NCBI GenBank assembly: GCA_963777115.1
Contig: CAVZPP010000008.1
Location: 250,142-314,141 of the forward strand
DNA from: an uncultured Bacteroidaceae bacterium
Lineage (GTDB): Bacteria; Bacteroidota; Bacteroidia; Bacteroidales; SM23-62
Direction of reading: 5' to 3'
DNA: 64,000 nucleotides
Shown piece after piece: positions 55,708 through 64,000 of this stretch; positions within the stretch are counted from its first letter, which is position 1, and each line of letters starts with the position of its first letter. The position numbers and the translations under genes are program-made. The notes beneath the pieces were generated by a model. It ran no database searches and was not told where the DNA came from. It worked only from the letters and a program-made list of their open reading frames with translations.

Positions 55708-56535
55708 ATGCGCTATAAAATAACCATAGCAGTTCTGTTGTTCATCCTTCAGCCAGCAGAAGCCGGGACCAATAATAATGATATCATATATCATCGTATT
55801 CCAAGTCCCTATCAGGCAGATAGTACTACCATCAGGGTGTTGCTGCCCGATGAAATTATTCCCGGCGAAAAATACCGGGTGCTGTATATACTCCCGGTAA
55901 TAGAAAATGATAACCGGCGTTATGGAGGGGGACTGGAAGAGGTTATGAAGTATAATTTTCATAATGAGTACAAGCTTATCTGTGTGGCACCCGAATTTAC
56001 TGCCAAACCATGGTATTGTGATCATGCAACAGATATGGGAAAACAGGATGAAAGTCATTTCCTGAAAACCGTATTGCCCTTTATCGATGAGAACTATCCT
56101 ACACTTGAAACTGCGGAAGGCAGATTGCTGATGGGCTTCAGTAAATCCGGCTGGGGTGCTTTTACGCTCATCCTGAGGAATCCTGAAAAATTTCATAGGG
56201 CTGTGGGATGGGACAGCGGCATCCGTGTTGATACCGGTCCCATCACAGAAGAGGAACGAGCAGAAAGAATAGAAACTCTTTTTGGATCCCTTGCCAACTT
56301 TGAGAAATACAGGCTCAGCAACCTGCTGAAGGAGCGCGGGACTGAGCTGGGAGAGGAAACCCGCTTATTCTACTACAATTGCGAAGGGAAAAGAGGACCT
56401 GGAGGAGCCGAGATCCACAGGATAATGGTTGAATTGGAGATTCCACACCTATACTGGTATGAACCACACCGCAAGCACAGCTGGGAAAGTGGATGGATAC
56501 CCGACGCAGTTAAGTTCCTGGTGAATGAGAATTAA
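55708..56535 (+). CDS. secreted esterase (alpha/beta-hydrolase, putative esterase family)
   Basis: IRVLLP, VLYILP, VLPFIDENY, GFSKSGWG elbow and HSW. Confidence 0.75.
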   Translation: MRYKITIAVLLFILQPAEAGTNNNDIIYHRIPSPYQADSTTIRVLLPDEIIPGEKYRVLYILPVIENDNRRYGGGLEEVMKYNFHNEYKLICVAPEFTAKPWYCDHATDMGKQDESHFLKTVLPFIDENYPTLETAEGRLLMGFSKSGWGAFTLILRNPEKFHRAVGWDSGIRVDTGPITEEERAERIETLFGSLANFEKYRLSNLLKERGTELGEETRLFYYNCEGKRGPGGAEIHRIMVELEIPHLYWYEPHRKHSWESGWIPDAVKFLVNEN

Positions 56536-56593
56536 TTGCGGAAGGAGTCTAATCGTTGAAGGAATTCTAATTGGTGAATGAATATTAATCGTC
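56523..56593 (+). repeat. four degenerate 17-18-bp tandem repeats at a convergent gene junction
   Basis: gaatgagaattaattgcg/gaaggagtctaatcgtt/gaaggaattctaattggt/gaatgaatattaatcgtc, consensus about GAAKGAnnnYTAATYG. Confidence 0.45.
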
Positions 56594-56617
56594 GAAGAAT
56601 AAACCGGTGATGGAGCA

Positions 56618-58216
56618 TTATTTTTTGTTACGCTTTTTAGGTTTGTCCTTCAAACTTTTATCAGATTCAAAAGCTCCAATATCTGGTTTTCCGTCGCTGA
56701 TTTTGTTCCCCCAGTAATCCCGACCTCCATTTCCAGGAATCAGCATTCCTGCATTAATATATGGAGAGCCCGCCTGCAACTTGTAACCCGAAACCGAATT
56801 TGTTCCAAAATCTGCTTTCCCGGGATCAACAAACAATGGATCATCTGTATTTTTTCCATCCTCCTCTGGCTCACTTTCAGGATGAATGCCATAATAAACA
56901 TTGGAACCGAAATTTCTTTTTGTCCCCTTTTCCCAGCCATAGCTGGCATCTTCACTCATGTTGTAAATAATATTATTGTAGAAATAATATGTTTTGTTCC
57001 GTTCCCTGCGTTCATCGATTATAGTGGGACTGGTACCCTCGCCAACAAAAATTACATTATTGTAGATATAAACACTCTTAAATGCATAATTGGGACAGAT
57101 GATTATTCCCCGGTCATTCTGGCTGATATTGTACCTGCAAATTACTCCACTGTCCTGCTTGGTTGTACATATCCAGAAAAGTCCATGTGCATTATCATGA
57201 CTGTAACTGTATTGAAATACGCAATTGGGACTGCTCAAATCAGCATCATACATACTGCCATCATAAGCTTCTCCCCTGTTCAGGTAACCTTCATTGTACT
57301 GAAAAACAGTGCCATTACAACTCCTGGAAAACATGGTATTCCCATGTCGCATGGAAGGATCAACCGGTATCCCGGTAAGTGCTGTTAAACTAAGTGCCGT
57401 TTCATAACAAACATTGTACTCCACCACACAGGAAGAATCACATAACCTGACAATCATGGCATTCTTTGATATATGGTGTACAGTATTATTTCGTACTCTC
57501 AGATTGGTAAATTTTTTATCATGGAATGATCCTGTACCCGGATAATCACCCATGCCCGATTCATTGTTCGTCACAATTCCCTGGTTATATATATGGTGAA
57601 TTTCACAGCCCTCAATCAGTATATCATCATACCTTGTGGGTTTAACCTTATCACTGACAGTGGCAATATAAATTCCGGCAGTGCGCTTTTCCTTATTCCC
57701 ATGCCCTTCAATTCCCATTATATGATGAATATGGAGATTCTTCAGGTAAATATGCTGTACCAGTCCATGGTCAGAAGCTTTCACCTCAACCCCCCGACGG
57801 TCTCCCTGTTCGCTTGCCATGTTAGTAATCTCCAGGTTGTTGATTTCCCAGAAGGACTGGTTATAAAGACTTACAACGCCTTTCCCCGTCATCCCATTGC
57901 CGTTCAGTAAAGGCAGATCGCCCGTACCGTATTGATCAATCACAATGGGATTATTTTTCTCACCTGAACCTTTTGGGGAAAGCATTCCGGTCCAATTACA
58001 ACCAGCTCTAAAAAGAATGGTATCACCGGCTTGAAGTATGCTGCTGTTGATTTTCTCAAGACTGCACCAGGCCGAATCAGAAGAAAGTCCGCTGAATGTA
58101 TCATTTCCATTCCTGGCATCAATAAACCATGTTTCGGCGTTGAGTGACTTCGGAAATATCAATGCCCACATAATAAATAATCCGAAGAACAAATCCCTTA
58201 CATTGACTTTTGCCAT
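56618..58216 (-). CDS. secreted right-handed parallel beta-helix protein (pectin-lyase-like fold, unclassified CAZyme candidate)
   Basis: WFIDARNGNDTFSGLS...AW, GDTILFRAG, WEINNLEITN, repeated xxYNxS/xxYNN rungs and PDIGAFE. Confidence 0.75.
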   Translation of the reverse strand: MAKVNVRDLFFGLFIMWALIFPKSLNAETWFIDARNGNDTFSGLSSDSAWCSLEKINSSILQAGDTILFRAGCNWTGMLSPKGSGEKNNPIVIDQYGTGDLPLLNGNGMTGKGVVSLYNQSFWEINNLEITNMASEQGDRRGVEVKASDHGLVQHIYLKNLHIHHIMGIEGHGNKEKRTAGIYIATVSDKVKPTRYDDILIEGCEIHHIYNQGIVTNNESGMGDYPGTGSFHDKKFTNLRVRNNTVHHISKNAMIVRLCDSSCVVEYNVCYETALSLTALTGIPVDPSMRHGNTMFSRSCNGTVFQYNEGYLNRGEAYDGSMYDADLSSPNCVFQYSYSHDNAHGLFWICTTKQDSGVICRYNISQNDRGIIICPNYAFKSVYIYNNVIFVGEGTSPTIIDERRERNKTYYFYNNIIYNMSEDASYGWEKGTKRNFGSNVYYGIHPESEPEEDGKNTDDPLFVDPGKADFGTNSVSGYKLQAGSPYINAGMLIPGNGGRDYWGNKISDGKPDIGAFESDKSLKDKPKKRNKK

Positions 58217-58257
58217 AGCTTTTAGTATATTTGATTGTCTTGCAGTTTAATTAATAC

Positions 58258-58265
58258 CAAAAGTA
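58258..58265 (-). promoter_or_regulatory. candidate -7 element TACTTTTG for the beta-helix gene
   Basis: Plus-strand CAAAAGTA matches TAnnTTTG on the minus strand, 42 bp upstream of the ATG at 58216. A plus-strand TATATTTG at 58226-58233 could serve the divergent susC. Confidence 0.4.
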
Positions 58266-58378
58266 AGAAATTAGAATCTGATTGCCCTATATTTTACTCT
58301 ATTTACTAAGTAGGAGATGTTTAATTATTTATGTGAATTATATATCTTTTTTTTTAAACCTAACCAAAATCAAAAACT

Positions 58379-61324
58379 ATGAAAAAAATTTTGATTCTAA
58401 TGTCATTTATTTTTATGACAGCCATGATGTATGGCCAGGTAAGCGTTACCGGAAAGGTCACATCTTCGGATGACGGTAGTCCTCTGCCCGGAGTAAACAT
58501 CATGTTAAAGGGAACCACAATCGGTTCAGTCAGTAATTTAGACGGTGAATACGAGGTAACCGCTCCGGAAGGGGCTTCCCTGGTATTCAGCTATGTCGGA
58601 TATATAAGCCAGGAAATTCAGTTATCCCCTGGACAATCAAGTTTGGATATAGTACTCCAGCTCGATATTCAGGCCCTGGATGAAGTTGTAGTTGTAGGTT
58701 ACGGTACTCAAAAGAAAAGTGATATCACAGGAACCGTGGCTTCACTGAACCAGGAGAGACTTGAAATGACTCCAAACATTACGGTTGCCCAGGCCATTCA
58801 GGGAGCAATTCCGGGAGTTATGATGAATACCGATGGCGCAGGTGCCTCCCCCGATGAGGTTATTATTATCAGGGGGCGTAATTCGATAAAGGCTGGCAAC
58901 AGTCCTCTTATTGTTGTCGACGGGGTTCCTTATAGCGGACAATTGCGTGACATTAACCCTAACCATGTTACATCGATAGAGGTGCTCAAAGACGCCTCTG
59001 CGGCAGCAATTTATGGTTCACGTGCTTCCAATGGGGTCATTCTTGTCACCACAAAAACAGGAAAAACAGGAAAACCAACAATCTCTTATGATGGTTACTA
59101 TGGAATGCAAAGCTTCGTCAAAGTCCCGGATATCATGACCGGACCGGAGTTTTACGAGTTTAAAAACCTCCGCGAACCAGGTATGATGACTGCATCAGAG
59201 CAAGCTGTTTATGATGCCGGAACATGGCAAGATTGGTACGATCTTGCATTGCGCAAGGGTTACAGCACTCAGCACAACCTGTCTGTATCAGGAGGTGCGG
59301 AGAAAACCAACTATTATTTCTCAGGGGGACTAACAGATGTGCAGGGTTTAGCTAAAGGCGACGACTATCTGCGTCTGTCTTTGCGTTTCAACCTGGACAG
59401 CAAAATAGCCAATTGGTTGACAATAGGAACAAGAACACAATTGACCTATGATGACCGCAGTGGACTTCCTGTAATTTGGGATGGTGGAACCGGTTACGAC
59501 GGTGTATTCTGGATGAACCCACTGACCACAGCATTTGATGAGGACGGCAACCAGGTAATACGTCCCTGGCCGGAAGAAACGCAAATTGGCAATCCCCTGC
59601 AAAGGCTTCTTGCCGAAAACACTAATAAATCTTATCAGGTCGTAACTAATAACCATGCCATTGTCGATATCCCCTTTATTCAAGGATTGCAATATCGTAT
59701 CAATACAGGAGTTCGCTTCAGGTTCACAGATCAGGGGACTTACTGGGGAGGCAATACATTGAATGGAATATCTTCCCGGGGGGAATCAAGCACCAGCAGG
59801 GGACAGGTCCAAAACGTTACGGTGGAAAACATATTGAATTATACCCGTGAATTCGGAAATCATAGTTTGTTTGTGACCGGTCTTTATTCATTTGAAAATT
59901 ATGTTAACTCAAACAACGAGCTTGATGCCTCAGGATACCCAAATCATTTTCTTACCTGGTATTCCGCGGGTCAGGCCGAATTGATCGAACCGAATTATAC
60001 CTACAGTTCCAGTACCCTAATATCTCAAATGGGTAGAGTGAATTATGCCTACAACAGTCGTTATCTGCTAACATTAACTGTGCGCAGGGATGGATTTTCC
60101 GGATTCGGAGCGACAACGAAATGGGGAACCTTCCCTTCGGCAGCTCTGGGGTGGAATATTGCTAACGAAGATTTCTTTTCTAATCTGAAGGAGACTATCA
60201 GTGTCCTTAAACTCAGGGCATCCTACGGCCTAAACGGAAACCAGGCAATAGGGCCATATAGTACTATTGCACGCATGTCTGAAGAGAATTTCATCGACGG
60301 AACAAGCACCATGCCCGGCTATCTGCCAAGTACTCTGGGAATGGACAATCTGGGTTGGGAAACCTCAAAAACTCTGAATTTTGGTATTGATTACGGACTT
60401 TTAGCGGGCCGGATATCAGGTGATCTCAACTACTATATCACAAATACTTCCGACCTTTTACTCGACCGTACTATCTCTTCTGTACATGGAATTACGGAGA
60501 TTACCCAGAATATAGGTCAAACAAAAAATGTTGGGTTTGAGCTCGGGGTAACTTCAAGGAACATCGTTAAGAAGGATTTCTCCTGGACTACTTTTGCCAA
60601 CCTTAGCTACAACCAAAATGAAATCGTGTCATTATATGGTGAACTGGACAGTACTGGACAAGAAATCGACGATATCGGTAGCGGTTGGTTTATCGGACAG
60701 CCCATCCGGGTAAATTACGGCTATGTCTGGGATGGAATATGGCAGCTGGGTGAAGAAGCAGAGGCTGCGGTTTATAATAAATACCCGGGAGGTAGCAAAG
60801 CTATTGACCAGAATAACGATGGTGTAATCGATCCTAATGACGACAGGGTAATCCAGGGACAAAGAGACCCAAAAATTATCTGGGGTATGAACAATGCAAT
60901 CAAGTATAAAGATTTCACCTTTTCATTCTTTATGCATGGTATCCACGGTATCACCTCGGGCAATGCTTTAGAATCTGACAATGTTTTTGCAGAAGTTAAA
61001 CGAAACACTACAGTGAAAAACTGGTGGAGGGAGGATAACGCTACCAATGATTGGATAATTAATGATGCGAATGGTGGCTCCAACGGGGGCGTTAATCCAC
61101 CTAAATACTATAAAAAAGATTTCGTTCGCATTAAAGACATTACACTATCCTACAACTTCACAAACCTTTTAAGATCAGTGGGTTTCACGAAGCTTCAGGT
61201 CTATGTCACCGGCAGGAACCTGATTACCATAACCAATTGGCCGGGACTTGATCCGGAATTGGATGCACAAAGGGCGCTACCCCTGCAAAAGGAGTATGTG
61301 TTTGGTATTAATTTATCATTCTAA
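58379..61324 (+). CDS. susC: SusC/RagA TonB-dependent transporter
   Basis: LDEVVVVGYGTQKK, LKDASAAAIYGSRASNGVILVTTK, FPSAALGW, LGWETS and C-terminal GINLSF. Confidence 0.96.
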   Translation: MKKILILMSFIFMTAMMYGQVSVTGKVTSSDDGSPLPGVNIMLKGTTIGSVSNLDGEYEVTAPEGASLVFSYVGYISQEIQLSPGQSSLDIVLQLDIQALDEVVVVGYGTQKKSDITGTVASLNQERLEMTPNITVAQAIQGAIPGVMMNTDGAGASPDEVIIIRGRNSIKAGNSPLIVVDGVPYSGQLRDINPNHVTSIEVLKDASAAAIYGSRASNGVILVTTKTGKTGKPTISYDGYYGMQSFVKVPDIMTGPEFYEFKNLREPGMMTASEQAVYDAGTWQDWYDLALRKGYSTQHNLSVSGGAEKTNYYFSGGLTDVQGLAKGDDYLRLSLRFNLDSKIANWLTIGTRTQLTYDDRSGLPVIWDGGTGYDGVFWMNPLTTAFDEDGNQVIRPWPEETQIGNPLQRLLAENTNKSYQVVTNNHAIVDIPFIQGLQYRINTGVRFRFTDQGTYWGGNTLNGISSRGESSTSRGQVQNVTVENILNYTREFGNHSLFVTGLYSFENYVNSNNELDASGYPNHFLTWYSAGQAELIEPNYTYSSSTLISQMGRVNYAYNSRYLLTLTVRRDGFSGFGATTKWGTFPSAALGWNIANEDFFSNLKETISVLKLRASYGLNGNQAIGPYSTIARMSEENFIDGTSTMPGYLPSTLGMDNLGWETSKTLNFGIDYGLLAGRISGDLNYYITNTSDLLLDRTISSVHGITEITQNIGQTKNVGFELGVTSRNIVKKDFSWTTFANLSYNQNEIVSLYGELDSTGQEIDDIGSGWFIGQPIRVNYGYVWDGIWQLGEEAEAAVYNKYPGGSKAIDQNNDGVIDPNDDRVIQGQRDPKIIWGMNNAIKYKDFTFSFFMHGIHGITSGNALESDNVFAEVKRNTTVKNWWREDNATNDWIINDANGGSNGGVNPPKYYKKDFVRIKDITLSYNFTNLLRSVGFTKLQVYVTGRNLITITNWPGLDPELDAQRALPLQKEYVFGINLSF

Positions 61325-61351
61325 ATGATTGTCAATAAAATAGATATAGTT

Positions 61352-63019
61352 ATGAAAAAGATAATAAATCATACAATAGCAATACTGGCTGTAATTATTT
61401 TGTTGGGAGGATGTTCAGAAGACTGGCTTGATGAAAAACCTCCCCATATCATTACAACTAATACACTCTATACCAGCTATGACGGTTTTCAATCCGGTTT
61501 AAATGGCTTGTACTCCCAGGTTCGTGAGGACCTGGAAGGTCGCGATGGAAGCGGCAACTATTTAAGAAAAGAGATGTGGATGGATGGAGTTGATAACATG
61601 TGTTCCAACCACAGGGACGGTTTTTCCAGAGTAGCAGAGAACTGGGTGAACAACAACTCCACCTATGCTCGAATATACGAGAATTTTCACTGGTTATATC
61701 GTATTGTAAATGCTGCCAATACAATTATTAATCGTGCAGAAGGTGAAGACATTGACTGGACAGGCGGGGGCAATACACCCGAGGATAATAAAAATATGGT
61801 AATAGCACATGCCAGGGCTTGCAGAGCCTGGGCATACAAATATCTTGCCTATGGTTGGGGAGATGTACCACTGAACCTTAATGAAGCCCTGGGTTCGGCA
61901 GTAAAAACAGACTGGGTGCGCGCTCCGGTAGCAGAAGTAAGGGCTCAGATCATAGAGGATCTTGAGTTTGCAGAGCAATATATCGGGGTTGAACCTGAAT
62001 ACCAGGGAAGAATTACAAAAGGAGCGATTCAGCACTATCTGGCAGAAATGTACCTCTGGGAGAATAATCCTACCGAAGCATTAGCATGGGCTAATAAAGT
62101 CATAGATGCTCCTGAATATGACCTAATTACTGAGCGATATGGGGTTAGGAGCGGGGAACCCGGGGTTGTTTTCATGGATATGTTTTATGATGGTAATTCA
62201 AACAGAGAAGAAGGCAATACTGAAGCATTGTGGGTATTTCCTTTTGAATTTGAAATTATCGGAGGATCCGGTTCGATTATGCGCCGCTGGCATATATCCA
62301 GATATGAAGCGGCTACATTTGCAGGCACGAAAAATGTATTGAAAATGACAGTTGAAAGAGGAGGCAGGGCAAGAGCTCGTATGTCTTTAACCAAGTGGGC
62401 TATTGATAACTACGAAGATTTTGACGACAGGGCATCCAATTATGCTATCAGAAAATTCTTTATTCTTAAGACCGATGAGGAGAATGGAGGTCTTGGTGCC
62501 GATGTCCTGCCGGAAGGTTATAGCTACGGAGATACGGTATGGAATGACTGGTCAGAGGATATTACTTTTGAGACTAAAAACAGGGGCGATTGGCCCTGGT
62601 CAAGGAAATGGGATTGGGCTTATGCTTCAGATATTGCCGCCAGCCAGCAGTTTAATGATTTGGTATATTTGAGGTTAGCCGAAACGTATCTTCTAAAAGC
62701 TGAGGCTCAACTGGCCCTGGGTGATGCACCCGGAGCGGCTACCACTATAAATATAATCAGGGCACGCTCAAATGCCACTCCCATAACAGCGGGCGACGTT
62801 GACATTGATTTCATTCTCGATGAGCGTTCGCGCGAGCTGCTTTGTGAAGAACAAAGAAGGTGCACACTCTTAAGGACAGGTAAGTGGTTGGAAAGGACCA
62901 GGGCATATAATAACAATGGAGGTGAAACTGTACGGGATATTGATGTCCTTTTTGCGATACCCCAGGATGTGATAGACGCAAACCTCACATTGAAGATGGA
63001 AAATAACCCGGGTCATTAA
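61352..63019 (+). CDS. susD: SusD/RagB family lipoprotein
   Basis: Lipobox LGGC, WGDVPL, RLAETYLLKAEA, ILDERSRELLCEE and NNPG end. The ORF opens at 61325; the likely start is the ATG at 61352. Confidence 0.94.
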   Translation: MKKIINHTIAILAVIILLGGCSEDWLDEKPPHIITTNTLYTSYDGFQSGLNGLYSQVREDLEGRDGSGNYLRKEMWMDGVDNMCSNHRDGFSRVAENWVNNNSTYARIYENFHWLYRIVNAANTIINRAEGEDIDWTGGGNTPEDNKNMVIAHARACRAWAYKYLAYGWGDVPLNLNEALGSAVKTDWVRAPVAEVRAQIIEDLEFAEQYIGVEPEYQGRITKGAIQHYLAEMYLWENNPTEALAWANKVIDAPEYDLITERYGVRSGEPGVVFMDMFYDGNSNREEGNTEALWVFPFEFEIIGGSGSIMRRWHISRYEAATFAGTKNVLKMTVERGGRARARMSLTKWAIDNYEDFDDRASNYAIRKFFILKTDEENGGLGADVLPEGYSYGDTVWNDWSEDITFETKNRGDWPWSRKWDWAYASDIAASQQFNDLVYLRLAETYLLKAEAQLALGDAPGAATTINIIRARSNATPITAGDVDIDFILDERSRELLCEEQRRCTLLRTGKWLERTRAYNNNGGETVRDIDVLFAIPQDVIDANLTLKMENNPGH

Positions 63020-63096
63020 TTTGAATTGTCAAACTCATTTCTCAAATACAGAAATCTGCCTTGCAGATTGAGTTAGGTTAAATTAAGCAGTAGAAG

Positions 63097-63137
63097 GTGT
63101 GGCACTCCCGGGCAATATGGGGTGCCACACTTTTATT
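63097..63137 (+). terminator. intrinsic terminator after susD
   Basis: 12-bp stem GTGTGGCACTCC/GGGGTGCCACAC (one G-U pair), 10-nt loop, followed by TTTTATT. Confidence 0.65.
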
Positions 63138-63176
63138 ATTCTTTGGAAAAGCTTGTAATTCTTTATCAAATACTGG

Positions 63177-64000
63177 ATGGTTACATTTGGGAAAATATTT
63201 TCCCTGGTCATTATGATTTCACTTTCATATGTCTCCATTTGCATGGGACAGGAGGTGGCAGAAACCCGGTATATTGATGCTACTGCTGGCAATGACGATA
63301 AAAACGGAAACTCACCCAAGACTGCCTGGAGGAGCCTTGATAAAATCAACCTACTCACATTTAATCCGGGTGATTCCATCCTCCTGAAAGCCGGGGAGAA
63401 ATGGTACGGGGTTCTTAGACCAAAAGGAAGGGGGCAAGATGGTTCCCCGATTGTTTTAGACAGATACGGTCCCGGTCCCAGACCTGAAATACATGGAAAA
63501 GGCCAGGAAAGGTATACCCTGCTCCTTGAGAACCAGGAATTCTGGGAAATCAATAATTTACGCATCACCAACTTTGAGAATGCCGGTACGGCAAAACTGG
63601 ACCGCAAAAGGGGCATTTATATTCGGGCAAATGACATGGGACCTGTACGACATATTCACCTGTATAACCTGGAAGTAGATAGCGTGAATAGCGAGAACTC
63701 AAGTTTCACCAGCCGCTATTATGGAGGAATATTTTTCGAAATTACCGGATCCCTGGTTCCCACCTGGTTTGAAGACATAGTTGTGGACAGCTGTTATATC
63801 CATGATCTCTCAAGAACAGGGATAAGCAATTCATCTTCCTGGGCTATCCGAACCTTAAACAGCTCATTTGGTCAATATATAGGAAAAGACAACAATGGGA
63901 TAGACAGGTATGATAACTGGGTCGCAAGTAAGAATATAATCATAAAAAGAAATACCCTTAAAAGAATTGCGGGCAATGGAATCATTATCAGGATTGCCGA
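63177..64000 (+). CDS. secreted right-handed beta-helix protein, 3'-truncated; paralog of 56618-58216
   Basis: Absent from the ORF track because it has no stop in the window. Translates MVTFGKIFSLVIM...RYIDATAGNDDKNGNSPKTAWRSLDKIN...PGDSILLKAGEKW...NQEFWEINNLRITN. Confidence 0.78.
   Translation, partial: MVTFGKIFSLVIMISLSYVSICMGQEVAETRYIDATAGNDDKNGNSPKTAWRSLDKINLLTFNPGDSILLKAGEKWYGVLRPKGRGQDGSPIVLDRYGPGPRPEIHGKGQERYTLLLENQEFWEINNLRITNFENAGTAKLDRKRGIYIRANDMGPVRHIHLYNLEVDSVNSENSSFTSRYYGGIFFEITGSLVPTWFEDIVVDSCYIHDLSRTGISNSSSWAIRTLNSSFGQYIGKDNNGIDRYDNWVASKNIIIKRNTLKRIAGNGIIIRIA

Noticed and set aside
56523..56593. Possible mini-CRISPR array
   Set aside because: The units are short, degenerate and contiguous, with no spacers and no cas genes.
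63053..63069. Small hairpin AATCTGC-CTT-GCAGATT after susD
   Set aside because: It has only a 7-bp stem and no U-tract; the stronger hairpin at 63097-63137 is the better terminator.
63083..63616. 177-aa minus-strand ORF at the right end
   Set aside because: It is antisense to the truncated plus-strand beta-helix gene starting at 63177.

Overview
This window is a dense glycan-degradation island from a Bacteroidota (Bacteroidales-like) genome, judged from SusC/SusD pairs, a T9SS C-terminal domain and TAnnTTTG promoter elements. It encodes three SusC/SusD pairs (two in tandem, followed by a DUF1735-type lipoprotein), ten Cys-type S1 sulfatases plus a sulfatase C-terminal relic, a GH92, two divergent GH28-like beta-helix enzymes, a GH115-like protein and a PL22/Ogl-like propeller. 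It also encodes a BNR-4 propeller, an uncharacterised heparinase-II/III-like protein, two further beta-helix proteins, several alpha/beta-hydrolase esterases, two atypical PhoD-family domains (one fused to a CE15-like esterase), a Tat-exported Gfo/Idh/MocA plus DUF1080 pair, ThuA, an amidohydrolase and a secreted bicupin. At least 13 single-base frameshifts break otherwise intact genes, almost all between 3.9 and 24.1 kb; these most likely reflect read or assembly error. I saw no rRNA, tRNA, CRISPR array, mobile element or transcription regulator. The most novel-looking elements are the CE15-PhoD fusion cassette, the Cys-less PhoD domains, and the oxidative 3-keto-glycoside module placed ahead of the tandem susCD. 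All family calls come from motifs read by eye, not from database searches.
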